Positions 50,185 to 60,378 of a stretch of 64,000 bases of DNA are shown piece after piece. This DNA comes from Elusimicrobiota bacterium (GTDB taxonomy: Bacteria > Elusimicrobiota > Elusimicrobia > F11). The stretch's first letter is position 1. Every line of letters begins with the position of its first letter. The stretch covers positions 32,001 through 96,000 of the forward strand of contig JBGAON010000003.1 of assembly GCA_044221725.1 (NCBI GenBank), read 5' to 3'. The translations under genes were made by a program, and so were the position numbers. The notes below the pieces were generated by a model. It worked only from the letters and a program-made list of their open reading frames with translations. It did not search any database and was not told the DNA's origin.

Positions 50185-50216
50185 GTGCCCATCCAATTCG
50201 TCAAAAGGAGAGTTGT

Positions 50217-52166
50217 ATGTTTCAGAAGTTGCGGAATTTGGTGTTTGGCAAGCCTCGGGATTTAAACGATCCCCACATTTTCCACCACACGTCGCTTATT
50301 GCGTTTCTCGCCTGGGTGGGCCTGGGCGCTGATGGTCTTTCCTCCTCCGCCTACGGCCCCGATGAAGCGTACCGCGCGCTCGGATCACACACGCACCTGG
50401 CCATCTTTCTCGTTGCCATGACGGCCATCACAATTCTGGTCATCTCGTTTGCTTATTCGAATCTCATCGAATATTTTCCCGGGGGCGGCGGAGGATATCT
50501 TGTCGCGTCGAAATTGCTCGGCCCGAAAGCCGGTGTGACATCCGGATGCGCACTCTTGATCGATTATGTGCTCACAATTTCGGTGTCGGTTGCGTCCGGT
50601 TGCGATGCGTTGTGGTCGTTTCTTCCGGCGCATTGGGCGCCTTACAAATTGACCGTCGAGTTTGGCGTGCTCGTCTTCCTTATTATTCTCAACATGCGCG
50701 GCGTAAAAGAGTCGGTGACATTCCTAGCGCCAATTTTCATGCTTTTTATTCTCGCCCATCTTTTCATGATTCTTTACGCGGTGGGCAGTCATTTTTCGGG
50801 ACTTCCGGCTGTTTTTCACGACGCGCATGTCGATTTCCATGCATCCGTCTCCACGCTGGGGTTGGCGCCCGTCGCGTTTATTTTGTTGCGGGCTTACTCG
50901 ATGGGCGGTGGAACCTATACCGGTATTGAAGCGGTTTCAAACGGTGTCGCGATGCTGCGCGAACCGCGTGTCCAAACCGGCAAGCGCACGATGTTCCTTA
51001 TGGCCACCTCTTTGGCATTCACGGCGGCCGGCATTTTGTTTGGTTATTTGCTCACGAACGCGATGCCGATCGAAGGCAAGACGATGAACGCGGTGCTTCT
51101 CGAAAATCTCTACGGTGGATGGGGCATCGGAAAATATTTGATTATTGGGACGCTCATTACCGAAGCGGCGCTTCTGTTCGTTGCCGCGCAAGCCGGATTT
51201 TTGGACGGCCCTCGTGTGCTCTCAAACATGGCGCTCGATTCGTGGATGCCGCACCGCTTTTCGCAGCTGTCGGATCGGCTCGTTACGAAAAACGGCATTG
51301 TGCTGATGGGCTTGGCCGCGATGGGCACGCTCATGTACACACGCGGAAATATTTCGCTTTTGGTCGTCATGTACTCGATCAACGTGTTCCTCACGTTCAC
51401 GTTGACCGAGCTCGGCATGGTGCGCCATTGGATCCTCGAGAGAGGTCGTGAGCCAAAGTGGAAAACGCTGCTCACGATTCACGGGGCCGGGCTCGTCATA
51501 TGTGCGAGCATTCTGTGCATTACGCTGTACGAAAAATTTTCCGAGGGCGGCTGGGTGACAACCGCGATTACGGCGCTCACGATTGTTATTTGTTTCCTGA
51601 TCAAAGCGCATTACCGGCATGTTCAGCAGGGCTTTAAGCATCTCGATGATGTTTTAAAAGATGTTGAGTTGCCGGAGCTCCCCGATATCAAAAAGCACCC
51701 GCTAAACAAGGCCGCGCGCACGGCGGTGTTGCCGGTTCAGTCGTTTTCAGGGTTTGGTATGCATCATTTGCTGGCCATTCTCAAATGGTTTCCGGGCGAC
51801 TTTGAAAACGTGATCTTTGTTTCGGTGGGCGTGATTGATTCCGGAAGTTTTAAAGGTGTGGATGAAATCAAAGCGCTCGAAGCGCGCGTGCGCGGCGATT
51901 TGGAAAAATACGTGCGCTCCGCCGCCCAATACGGGATCAAAGCGGACTATCGAATGGAAATGGCCACCGAAGCCGTCCCGACCGTGGAAAAAATCTGTCG
52001 CAGTGTTGCGAAGGAGTTCCCGCGCGCCATGGTTTTCACCGGAAAACTCATTTTCCGTAAAGAACATTGGTACCAACGAATTCTCCACAACGAAACCGCT
52101 TTGTCGTTGCAGCGCCGGTTGCATTTGGACGGAATTCCGACGATGGTGCTGCCGATTCGCGCTTAA
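50217..52166 (+). CDS. KimA/YdaO-like APC-superfamily K+ transporter
   Basis: DGLSSSAYGPDE, GGGGY, DYVLT and TGIEAVSNG motifs; cytoplasmic C-terminal domain with LHN.TA. Confidence 0.85.
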   Translation: MFQKLRNLVFGKPRDLNDPHIFHHTSLIAFLAWVGLGADGLSSSAYGPDEAYRALGSHTHLAIFLVAMTAITILVISFAYSNLIEYFPGGGGGYLVASKLLGPKAGVTSGCALLIDYVLTISVSVASGCDALWSFLPAHWAPYKLTVEFGVLVFLIILNMRGVKESVTFLAPIFMLFILAHLFMILYAVGSHFSGLPAVFHDAHVDFHASVSTLGLAPVAFILLRAYSMGGGTYTGIEAVSNGVAMLREPRVQTGKRTMFLMATSLAFTAAGILFGYLLTNAMPIEGKTMNAVLLENLYGGWGIGKYLIIGTLITEAALLFVAAQAGFLDGPRVLSNMALDSWMPHRFSQLSDRLVTKNGIVLMGLAAMGTLMYTRGNISLLVVMYSINVFLTFTLTELGMVRHWILERGREPKWKTLLTIHGAGLVICASILCITLYEKFSEGGWVTTAITALTIVICFLIKAHYRHVQQGFKHLDDVLKDVELPELPDIKKHPLNKAARTAVLPVQSFSGFGMHHLLAILKWFPGDFENVIFVSVGVIDSGSFKGVDEIKALEARVRGDLEKYVRSAAQYGIKADYRMEMATEAVPTVEKICRSVAKEFPRAMVFTGKLIFRKEHWYQRILHNETALSLQRRLHLDGIPTMVLPIRA

Positions 52167-52195
52167 GTCGTCATCCCGACAAGCACCAAGCGATC

Positions 52196-54166
52196 TTATT
52201 TAACGTTGTAGCGCTGTTGCGTGTAGAGTTCGTCGGCCACCTGAAAGATGGCCATCGCGTCTTTTTTAACTTCTTCTTCGGCGGGCCCGACGCGGGAAAG
52301 AGGTTCCAAATTGTTGCGATCGGCCGATAGTTCATAAAAATCGATCGTTTTGTTGATGCCGAGCACAGCAAGTCGATTGTTCTTGAACAGCCCAACGTCG
52401 CGATTGTGGTGCATAACCGCCCAGGCTGTCATCGGGTCTTTTTTCAGAATGTCCTGTCCAAAAAAAGCGGATTTGTAACTTTTCCCAAGCATACCGAGCA
52501 GCGTCGGGCCCACATCCAGCGATCCGCCCAGCGTATCAATGCGTCTAGCAGAAATTCCGGGGCCAACGATCAACAGCGGTATCCGGTACGACGGAATTGG
52601 AATTTTCTGGCTTCCGTACACGCGCGCGCCGTGGTCCGCCACCACCGCAAACACGGTGTCTTTGTAAAAACTTTCTTCCTTTGCGTTCTTAATAAATTGG
52701 CCAATCGCCCAGTCGGTATATTTCACGGCGTGTGAGCGGCTGTGCTCATCCGGATTTTCAGCGATGCGCCCTTTTGGATAGGTGTACGGCTTGTGGTTTG
52801 AGACCGTGAGAAACGTTACGAAGAACGGTTTTCCGGAATCATGCAGCGTTTTTAATTCATCGATTCCTTTATTGAACAAATCTTCATCGCAAACACCCCA
52901 GATGGTTTTGAACGTGGGACTTGGAAAATCTTTTTGCTCGATAAACCGGTCGTAACCGTTCCGTGTTGTGAACGAGCGCATGCCGTCAAACACGCCTCGC
53001 CCGCCGTACATAAACAGTGTTTGGTAGCCCTGGCTGGCAAGCGTGCGGGCGATCGTGGAAACGTTATCCGATAGCGATCGCTTAACAATCGAATCACCGG
53101 GAAGCGGGGGAAATGAGGCCAACACGCCTTCCATTCCGCGTACCGTTCGGTTTCCGCTCGCGTACATGTTCGTGAACAGCCAGCCTTCGTGCGCGAGCGC
53201 GTCCATTTCGGGTGTCAGCGTCGGCTCTTTGCGCCCGAGAGAGCCCCAGAACTCCGATCCAAAACTTTCCACGAGAATGAGCACGAGATTTTTTGGATGG
53301 GGGCGATTGTCTCCCTTAATAATTCGCTCGGTGGAATATCCGTTCGACGTGAAGGTTCCGGATTTCGCTAACAGTGTGCGGCAGCGTTGGTACGCTTCCT
53401 CGCGCGGCAATGTCAAATAAAAATAGGGGTAATGCAGTTCGTGCGTGATCGCGGCATCAAAAAACGACTCAATGCCATTTAATGTCACTTCGTACACGAT
53501 CCGGTCCTGCGTAAAATTTCCGGGTTCGTGCACTTGAAGAAGTAAAAACACCGCGATCGTTGCGGTGTAGGTGATCATTCCCGTGAGGCGTCGTTGGACC
53601 GACGTCCTTGTTTCAACACGCCGCCGGTAGATCCTGTTTAAAATGAACGAAATTGTTACGCCAACGGCAACGACGGCCGTCAAAATTTTGATCACCGGAT
53701 AGCTTTGCCAAATGTTGACGAAGACTTCTTGCGGGTAGATCAGATAATCCACAGCAACCGTATTGAACCGCGAATTGAATTCGTCAAAGAACGCGTATTC
53801 GACGACGAACATAAACAGTTGTTCGATGAAATACAGAACCGTGACCGACTTGATAAGGAATTGGAACCAGCCCGAATTAAAAACTTTGTCCGAGACCATT
53901 TGCAGAACGAAGAACAATGGAGCCAAAACAATCAATCCGACCGCCGCGTCGCAGCGAAGGCCGGTGCCAAAGATGTGGACGAGAAGCCGCGGGTGATGAA
54001 ACTCCGACGGAACGAAATGCTTCAATAAAACAACGCGAAGTAACAGCCCGCCGATGAGATAAAAACCGAAGCACGCAAAGAAATACCAGTTGCGCCGAGT
54101 CACAATGCGCTCGTAGAAGCTGTAACGCGGTTGGGAAGAAATTGGGTTGGATGGATGTTGAATCAC
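52196..54166 (-). CDS. LTA synthase-family sulfatase/phosphoglycerol transferase
   Basis: About 5 N-terminal TMs; LVES, RT..G, SNHKPY and ADHG motifs. Confidence 0.88.
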   Translation of the reverse strand: MIQHPSNPISSQPRYSFYERIVTRRNWYFFACFGFYLIGGLLLRVVLLKHFVPSEFHHPRLLVHIFGTGLRCDAAVGLIVLAPLFFVLQMVSDKVFNSGWFQFLIKSVTVLYFIEQLFMFVVEYAFFDEFNSRFNTVAVDYLIYPQEVFVNIWQSYPVIKILTAVVAVGVTISFILNRIYRRRVETRTSVQRRLTGMITYTATIAVFLLLQVHEPGNFTQDRIVYEVTLNGIESFFDAAITHELHYPYFYLTLPREEAYQRCRTLLAKSGTFTSNGYSTERIIKGDNRPHPKNLVLILVESFGSEFWGSLGRKEPTLTPEMDALAHEGWLFTNMYASGNRTVRGMEGVLASFPPLPGDSIVKRSLSDNVSTIARTLASQGYQTLFMYGGRGVFDGMRSFTTRNGYDRFIEQKDFPSPTFKTIWGVCDEDLFNKGIDELKTLHDSGKPFFVTFLTVSNHKPYTYPKGRIAENPDEHSRSHAVKYTDWAIGQFIKNAKEESFYKDTVFAVVADHGARVYGSQKIPIPSYRIPLLIVGPGISARRIDTLGGSLDVGPTLLGMLGKSYKSAFFGQDILKKDPMTAWAVMHHNRDVGLFKNNRLAVLGINKTIDFYELSADRNNLEPLSRVGPAEEEVKKDAMAIFQVADELYTQQRYNVK

Positions 54167-54187
54167 GGGCCGATGCTACATTATGGT

Positions 54188-54217
54188 TTGACAGAGCGGC
54201 GTGACATCTGGTAGGTT
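54188..54217 (+). promoter_or_regulatory. Sigma70 promoter of the leuA leader
   Basis: TTGACA-N18-TAGGTT with an extended -10 TG; the leader ATG lies 7 nt downstream. Confidence 0.65.
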
Positions 54218-54224
54218 ACTTTCA

Positions 54225-54311
54225 ATGTTTTACGCCAGCTGTCTTCAAGCGAACCTAATTCTTACCCTCGGCCTTATTGGTCATCGGGGCGGGTTCGTTG
54301 CGGTCGCGTAA
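54225..54311 (+). CDS. Leu-rich attenuation leader peptide (28 aa)
   Basis: MFYASCLQANLILTLGLIGHRGGFVAVA; five Leu codons including CTA; precedes two terminators and leuA. Confidence 0.75.
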   Translation: MFYASCLQANLILTLGLIGHRGGFVAVA

Positions 54312-54342
54312 AGCATAAACATCAGAGAAGACTGAACAACAG

Positions 54343-54375
54343 AACCCATCCCGACGCGGATGGGTTTTTTGTTTT
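54343..54375 (+). terminator. Attenuator terminator 1
   Basis: AACCCATCC-cgacgc-GGATGGGTT followed by a T-tract. Confidence 0.85.
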
Positions 54376-54381
54376 AGGGCA

Positions 54382-54415
54382 GCCCATTCGCGATTATCGG
54401 AATGGGTTTTTTGTT
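54382..54415 (+). terminator. Second terminator-like hairpin before leuA
   Basis: GCCCATTC-gcgattatcg-GAATGGGT followed by a T-tract. Confidence 0.7.
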
Positions 54416-54432
54416 GTCCAAAGGAGACTATC

Positions 54433-55608
54433 ATGGACACAAATTCCCAAACAGAAAAAGTCGTCATCGCGGACACGACGTTGCGCGACGGCGAGCAGGC
54501 GCCCGGATATCACTTCACGCCGCAACAGAAAATCGACATCGCGCGGCAATTGCGCGAGCTGAACGTCGATGTTATCGAGGCCGGCTTTCCGATCTCAAGT
54601 CCGGCCGAATTCGAAACGGTAAAAACCATCGCGCGCGAGGTCGGTTCGGCAAGCGACGCGCCGGTGATCGGAGCGTTTGGCCGCAGCCGTCTGGAAGACA
54701 TCGAGCAGTGTTGGCAGGCCGTCAGGCACGCGGCGCGGCCGCGCATCCACACGTTCATGCCCGCGTCCGACATTCACTTGCAGCACAAAATGAGAATGTC
54801 GCGCGCCGAAGCGCTCAAGGCTGCCGTGCAGGGGGTGCGTTGGGCCAAGGAGCGCACGGGGGATGTTCAATTCACTCCCGAAGACGCGACGCGCGCCGAT
54901 CGCATTTATTTGGCCGAAGTGGTTGAGGCCGTGATCGACGCGGGCGTCACGACCGTAAACGTGGCGGACACGGTGGGTTACACCACGCCCGAGGAGTTTC
55001 GCGACCTGATCGGTTTCTTGAAACGAAATGTTCGCAACCTGCCGCGCGCGGCGATCTCCGTGCATTGTCACGATGATCTCGGAATGGCCGTCGCCAATTC
55101 GTTGACCGCAGTGTCCGCCGGCGCGCGTCAGGTCGAAGGAACCATCAATGGTATCGGTGAGCGCGCTGGCAATTGCGCGCTGGAGGAAGTCATCATGGCG
55201 CTGCGCACGCGGTCGGAGTTTTTTCGCTGTCGCACGAACGTGGCGTCGCCGCAGATCTACGCGACGAGTCGCTTGGTTTCGAACTACACGAGCGTTGCCG
55301 TTCCACCGAACAAAGCAATTGTTGGAGCAAACGCATTCGCCCACGCGTCGGGCATTCATCAAGACGGAATGTTAAAAAATCGAAGCACCTACGAAATTAT
55401 GACACCCGAAGAGATCGGCGCGCCGGCGTCGACGCTGCCGCTCACCAACCGCAGTGGACGTCGCGCAGTGGAACACCGCGCACGTTTCTTGGGTCTCGAT
55501 GTATCGCGCGAAGCGGTCGATAAACTGTTCGTGCGATTCAAAGCCTTTGCGGACACAACACGAACCGTCGGTGACGAAGATCTCGTAAAATTATTTCGAG
55601 AAATTTAA
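54433..55608 (+). CDS. leuA: 2-isopropylmalate synthase, short form lacking the C-terminal regulatory domain
   Basis: DTTLRDGEQ, HCHDDLG, GERAGN, NKAIVG.NAF.H.SGIHQDG motifs; 391 aa. Confidence 0.88.
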   Translation: MDTNSQTEKVVIADTTLRDGEQAPGYHFTPQQKIDIARQLRELNVDVIEAGFPISSPAEFETVKTIAREVGSASDAPVIGAFGRSRLEDIEQCWQAVRHAARPRIHTFMPASDIHLQHKMRMSRAEALKAAVQGVRWAKERTGDVQFTPEDATRADRIYLAEVVEAVIDAGVTTVNVADTVGYTTPEEFRDLIGFLKRNVRNLPRAAISVHCHDDLGMAVANSLTAVSAGARQVEGTINGIGERAGNCALEEVIMALRTRSEFFRCRTNVASPQIYATSRLVSNYTSVAVPPNKAIVGANAFAHASGIHQDGMLKNRSTYEIMTPEEIGAPASTLPLTNRSGRRAVEHRARFLGLDVSREAVDKLFVRFKAFADTTRTVGDEDLVKLFREI

Positions 55609-55687
55609 GGAGGTCTTCCATGGTGAAGCTGCGGGCGGAACTAATTTTTGGATTTGGGGCTTTATAATAATAAGGAGGAACACCATC

Positions 55688-56425
55688 ATGAGCCCAACAA
55701 CCGAACCAATTATTGATATTCGCCGCGCCAATGAACGTTTTTCGACGGACATTCCGTGGTTGGATTCGAAGCACAGCTTTAGTTTCGGTCCGCACTACGA
55801 TCCGAACAACACGCATCACGGTCTCCTGCTCGTGAGCAACGACGACGTGATTCGCGCCGGCACGGGTTTCTCCACGCACCCGCATCAAGATATGGAAATT
55901 GTGACGTGGGTGCTTTCGGGAGAACTTGAGCACAAGGATTCGCAGGGCAACAAAGGAATAATTTATCCGGGTTTGGCGCAGCGCATGAGCGCGGGGCGCG
56001 GCATCTGGCATTCGGAAATGAATCCGAGCAAAAACACGGATGTTCATCTCGTGCAGATGTGGGTGTTGCCCGACACGGAATCAATCAACCCGAGCTACGA
56101 GCAAATGGATATTACGAAAGAACTTGGAAAGGGCGGCTTGGTTCCGATTGCCTCCGGTCGCGGTCACAACGCGGCCATTGCGATCCGGCAAAAAGGGGCC
56201 GTGCTCTGGGGAGGGCGGTTAAAAGCTGGAGAGAAAGTAAAAATTCCGGACGCACGATTTGTGCACGTGTTTGTCGCAACAGGTTCCGCGGCTTTGGATG
56301 GTGCCGGCGTTTTGAATCAAGGCGATGCGGTTCGCTTAACGGCGGCGGGCGCTCCAATCTTAACGGCAGACGCGAAAACGGGCGCCGAAGTTCTTATTTG
56401 GGAGATGGCTTCCGATCAATGGTGA
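55688..56425 (+). CDS. Pirin family protein (YhhW-like)
   Basis: SKHSFSF, HPHQDMEI and AGRGIWHSE motifs. Confidence 0.92.
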   Translation: MSPTTEPIIDIRRANERFSTDIPWLDSKHSFSFGPHYDPNNTHHGLLLVSNDDVIRAGTGFSTHPHQDMEIVTWVLSGELEHKDSQGNKGIIYPGLAQRMSAGRGIWHSEMNPSKNTDVHLVQMWVLPDTESINPSYEQMDITKELGKGGLVPIASGRGHNAAIAIRQKGAVLWGGRLKAGEKVKIPDARFVHVFVATGSAALDGAGVLNQGDAVRLTAAGAPILTADAKTGAEVLIWEMASDQW

Positions 56426-57098
56426 TGCCGCGAACAATATCGTCGAGCTTGTCCAAATTCGGCGAGAAGTTCTCGGATGAAAGCTGATCCATAAACAGCG
56501 CGGCCATGCTGGCATCTTCGCTCACCGGCAAATTGTGCGCGGCGATTGGATGGACAAACACAATAAGCGATTGCCCGTCTTTCGATAGCCCTTGGAACGT
56601 GTAGAAAATGTTTTCATTGGTGGTCGGTGACTTGTCGACGGCGTAGCGTGTAACGAAGCGCACGCCGGATCCTTTCTCAAAACGCAAATAATTGACCTTG
56701 GCCCGAAACAATTGTGCGCCCTTGGCCGGCGGGAAAATCGGAATCTCGGAAGCCGCCTCGCCAATGTGGTCGTTGATCACGCGACTCAAGAATTGAATGC
56801 GCCGATCGAATTCCTTTCGCTCCTTTCCGACAAAAAGCGTACGGTATTCGGCAACAGGGAAAATCAGCAGTTGGCGGTCTCGGAAGCGAATCGTCTCCGG
56901 CAGTTTATCTTCGTCAAAACTGTAGCGCAGATGCGACGGCAAATTACCACCCGCGGGCATGTCCAAGCCGACGATGGTTTCCGCAATTCGGCCGGGCCCC
57001 ACCGACACATCCGTGAGTCTCAGTTTCTGTGGTGGTTTCGCTTGCGTGGGAACGCCGAGGAAAAAAAGCGTCACCGCCAAAAAAAGATGTTGCCACAT
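56394..57098 (-). CDS. Secreted hypothetical protein
   Basis: Signal peptide; GVRFVTRY and YTFQGLS motifs; family not identified. Confidence 0.6.
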   Translation of the reverse strand: MWQHLFLAVTLFFLGVPTQAKPPQKLRLTDVSVGPGRIAETIVGLDMPAGGNLPSHLRYSFDEDKLPETIRFRDRQLLIFPVAEYRTLFVGKERKEFDRRIQFLSRVINDHIGEAASEIPIFPPAKGAQLFRAKVNYLRFEKGSGVRFVTRYAVDKSPTTNENIFYTFQGLSKDGQSLIVFVHPIAAHNLPVSEDASMAALFMDQLSSENFSPNLDKLDDIVRGITIDRKPSPK

Positions 57099-57105
57099 GA
57101 TTGTT

Positions 57106-57882
57106 CTAGTACGCATGGTACATTCCCGCCTGTTTTACCAAACGCAACGGAACGTGAAAGAGCTCCGTGAGATTCGTTTCGGTAAGAATTTCTTTTTTGG
57201 GGCCATCCGCGAAGATTCTTCCATTTTTTAGCAACACGATGCGCTCGATTTCCGGAATGATATCCGATAAGTGATGCGTGACAAGCACGATGCCAATTCC
57301 GGCACGCGCCAGTTTTCGCAGCGTCTTTTTAACCAAAACCTGGCCTTGCAGGTCCAAACTGTTCATCGGTTCATCGAAAACAATAAGCCGCGGCGTGTGA
57401 ATGAGGGCTCGCGCGATGAGAACACGGCGCGCCTCGCCGGAGGAAATGTGAGCGAAGGTTTCGTTCTCGAGATGCGTGAGCCCCAACCACGTCAAGATTT
57501 GTTTTGCTTGTTTTAGCATCGCGGGCGTCACACGATTGTTTTTCCAAAGGCCAACGCTTGAGAAAAAACCAGAAAGAACCGCTTCGAGCGCCGTTACGTT
57601 TTTCGGAAAAAGCGCCTGCCAGTCGTACGAAACAATGCCAAGCTGCGAGCGCAACGCGAAAACGTCCCACGTTTTTGAACCAAACAGCGTCACGCTACCG
57701 CCCGTCGGATAAAGTTCACGCGTCATTGCCTTGATCAATGTGGATTTGCCGCTGCCGTTCGCACCCACGATGGCCACCTGCTCCCGCATCCCAATTTTTA
57801 GAGTGACGTCGGTCAAAACATCGCGTTCGCCGCGATGAACGGTGACGTTTTGGAACCAAACCGCAAATTTCTTTGTTGGCAT
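57106..57882 (-). CDS. ABC transporter ATP-binding protein (ModF/YlmA-like)
   Basis: GANGSGKST, ISSGE, FDEP and VTHH motifs. Confidence 0.88.
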   Translation of the reverse strand: MPTKKFAVWFQNVTVHRGERDVLTDVTLKIGMREQVAIVGANGSGKSTLIKAMTRELYPTGGSVTLFGSKTWDVFALRSQLGIVSYDWQALFPKNVTALEAVLSGFFSSVGLWKNNRVTPAMLKQAKQILTWLGLTHLENETFAHISSGEARRVLIARALIHTPRLIVFDEPMNSLDLQGQVLVKKTLRKLARAGIGIVLVTHHLSDIIPEIERIVLLKNGRIFADGPKKEILTETNLTELFHVPLRLVKQAGMYHAY

Positions 57883-57934
57883 CGTTAACGATCATCGCAT
57901 TTTCCGAAAAAAATTTTTTACCATAGTGATTCCA

Positions 57935-59050
57935 ATGAAAAATAAGAAAAGAATTTCGACGCCGTATTATCTGATCGACGAATCACGACTTCTGAAAAAT
58001 CTAAAAAAGATTGAGCTGCTGCGGGAGCGCTCCGGTGCCAAATGTGTTTTGGCGCTCAAATGTTTCTCGACGTGGGCCGTTTTTGATCTCATGCGAAAAT
58101 ACATGGACGGAACAACATCGAGCTCGCTGTACGAGGCGAAGCTCGGGGCTGAAAAATTCGGAAAGGAAGTTCACGCGTACAGTGTTGCGTGGTCGGCAAA
58201 CGAAATAGAATCCGTTCGTAAATTCGCCACGAAAGTTATTTTTAATTCGACGTCGCAGCTGCGTCAGTTCCTGCCGCGCGTGAAGCATTTGCCGATCGGT
58301 ATGCGCGTAAATCCGGGTGTCAGTCATTCGGGTTTTGATTTGGCGGATCCATCTCGAAAATTTTGCCGTCTTGGCGCGACAGAAATGAAAGATATTCAAT
58401 CCGTCATTTCGAATTTGTCCGGACTCATGTTTCACTGCAACTGTGAAAACGACAGTTTTGAGAGTTTTTCGCGGATCCTCGACACAATCGAGCGAAAATT
58501 CGGAAGTTTGCTTAAGAATTTAAGCTGGGTTAGTCTCGGTGGAGGAATCTATTTCACGAAAGAGAACTTTTTTTTTGATAAGTTCTGCTCGCGAATTTTA
58601 GAGTTTTCTCGACGGTACAACGTGCAAGTGTATTTCGAACCCGGCGAAGCGTCGATCACGCAGTCGGGTTTTCTTGTGACCAGCGTTTTGGATATCGTGA
58701 AGAACAAAAAAGATATCGCGATCGTGGACGCGGCTGTTGAAACGCACATGTTGGATTTGCTGATTTACAACGCGAACGCGAAAGTTGAGTTGCCGAAAAA
58801 TGGTCGGTACGCATACATGATTGCGGGAAGAACGTGTTTGGCCGGTGATGTGTTCGGCACCTACAATTTTCCAGAGAAACTGAAGGTGGGCGACCGCGTG
58901 ACGTTTTCAGACGCAGCGGGTTACACCATGGTGAAAAAGAATTGGTTCAACGGTGTTGCGATGCCATCGATTGTGGTGCGGCGCCTGAATGGTCGAGTCG
59001 AGCTGATTCGAGAATTTACGTACAGCGATTTCTTGCATAACTTGTCGTGA
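57935..59050 (+). CDS. nspC: Carboxy(nor)spermidine decarboxylase
   Basis: TPYYLID, LALKCF (PLP Lys), SLGGG, EPGE, TCLAGD and WFNG motifs. Confidence 0.92.
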   Translation: MKNKKRISTPYYLIDESRLLKNLKKIELLRERSGAKCVLALKCFSTWAVFDLMRKYMDGTTSSSLYEAKLGAEKFGKEVHAYSVAWSANEIESVRKFATKVIFNSTSQLRQFLPRVKHLPIGMRVNPGVSHSGFDLADPSRKFCRLGATEMKDIQSVISNLSGLMFHCNCENDSFESFSRILDTIERKFGSLLKNLSWVSLGGGIYFTKENFFFDKFCSRILEFSRRYNVQVYFEPGEASITQSGFLVTSVLDIVKNKKDIAIVDAAVETHMLDLLIYNANAKVELPKNGRYAYMIAGRTCLAGDVFGTYNFPEKLKVGDRVTFSDAAGYTMVKKNWFNGVAMPSIVVRRLNGRVELIREFTYSDFLHNLS

Positions 59051-59066
59051 TTGGGAGGAAGGTGAA

Positions 59067-60317
59067 ATGAAAAAGAATGTTCTGATTATTGGGGCGGGCG
59101 GCGTTGCCCATGTGACAGCGCACAAGTGCGCTCAGAATAACGATATTCTTGGCGACATTTGCATCGCTTCGCGTACGATCGAGAAGTGCGACAGAATTAT
59201 TGAGAGCATCAAACGCAAGAAGAACCTAAAAGATAAATCGAAAAAACTTTACTCCCGCAAGATCGACGCAATGAATGTGTCGGCCACCGTTGAGCTCATC
59301 AAAGAAACGAAATCCGAAATCGTCATTAATCTTGGGACCGCCTTCTTGAACATGTCCGTGCTCGAGGCTTGCATCGAAGCCGGCGTTGCGTACATGGACA
59401 CGGCCATTCATGAGGATCCGGACAAAGTTTGTGAGGATCCGCCATGGTACGCGAACCACGAGTGGAAGCGCGCCGCGCGCTGCAAAGCCAAAGGAGTTGC
59501 CGCAATTCTTGGTGTTGGATTTGACCCCGGCGTCGTGAACGCTTACGCGGCGTACGCTCAGAAAAATCATTTCGACAAAATTGACACGATCGATATCTTG
59601 GACGTAAACGCCGGTTCGCACGGTCGCTACTTTGCGACGAACTTTGATCCGGAAATAAACTTTCGGGAATTTAAGAAAGTGTGGTCGTACATCGATCGGC
59701 AATGGGTGGAAGACGCCGTTCACTCGAAAAAATGGATTTATGATTTTCCGGTCGTTGGAAAACAACCGGTGTATCTCACCGGGCATGACGAGCTGCATTC
59801 GCTGTCGAAAAACATCGATGCAAACAGCATTCGTTTCTGGATGGGATTCGGCGATCATTACATCAATGTATTCAATGTGCTGAAAAATGTTGGCATGCTC
59901 TCCGAGATTCCGGTAAAGCTCAGCGACGGCACCGAAGTCGTGCCGCTCAAGATAATGAAAGCGATTTTGCCCGATCCGGGTTCGCTGGCGCCGGGCTACA
60001 AAGGCTACACGTGTATTGGGGACCTCGTGAAAGGAACCAAAGACGGAAAATACCGTGAAGTGTTTTATTACAACACGTGCGATCACGCCGCTTGTTACAA
60101 AGAAGTGGAATCACAAGCGATCTCGTACACCGCCGGTGTTCCGCCTGTTGCTGCAGCTATTTTGCTCGCGCAAGGTGTTTGGGATCCAAAGAAAATGGTG
60201 AATGTGGAGGAATTGGATCCGGAACCATTCTTGAAGCTGCTCGATAACATGGGACTTCCGATGGTGATCGAAGACAAAACGGAGCCGAAAAAATCGACGG
60301 CGAAGGTGCTTGCGTAA
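59067..60317 (+). CDS. Carboxy(nor)spermidine dehydrogenase (saccharopine dehydrogenase family)
   Basis: GAGGVA, GFDPG, ATNFDPEINFRE and SYTAGVP motifs; follows nspC. Confidence 0.9.
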   Translation: MKKNVLIIGAGGVAHVTAHKCAQNNDILGDICIASRTIEKCDRIIESIKRKKNLKDKSKKLYSRKIDAMNVSATVELIKETKSEIVINLGTAFLNMSVLEACIEAGVAYMDTAIHEDPDKVCEDPPWYANHEWKRAARCKAKGVAAILGVGFDPGVVNAYAAYAQKNHFDKIDTIDILDVNAGSHGRYFATNFDPEINFREFKKVWSYIDRQWVEDAVHSKKWIYDFPVVGKQPVYLTGHDELHSLSKNIDANSIRFWMGFGDHYINVFNVLKNVGMLSEIPVKLSDGTEVVPLKIMKAILPDPGSLAPGYKGYTCIGDLVKGTKDGKYREVFYYNTCDHAACYKEVESQAISYTAGVPPVAAAILLAQGVWDPKKMVNVEELDPEPFLKLLDNMGLPMVIEDKTEPKKSTAKVLA

Positions 60318-60378
60318 CAGGCCCCAAGAAATTATTTCTTGACAGTCTAAAGAAGTTCGTGTAACTAAGCGGTGTTCT

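Noticed and set aside
49963..50196. 77-aa minus-strand ORF
   Set aside because: Antisense to the c-di-AMP riboswitch and its terminator.
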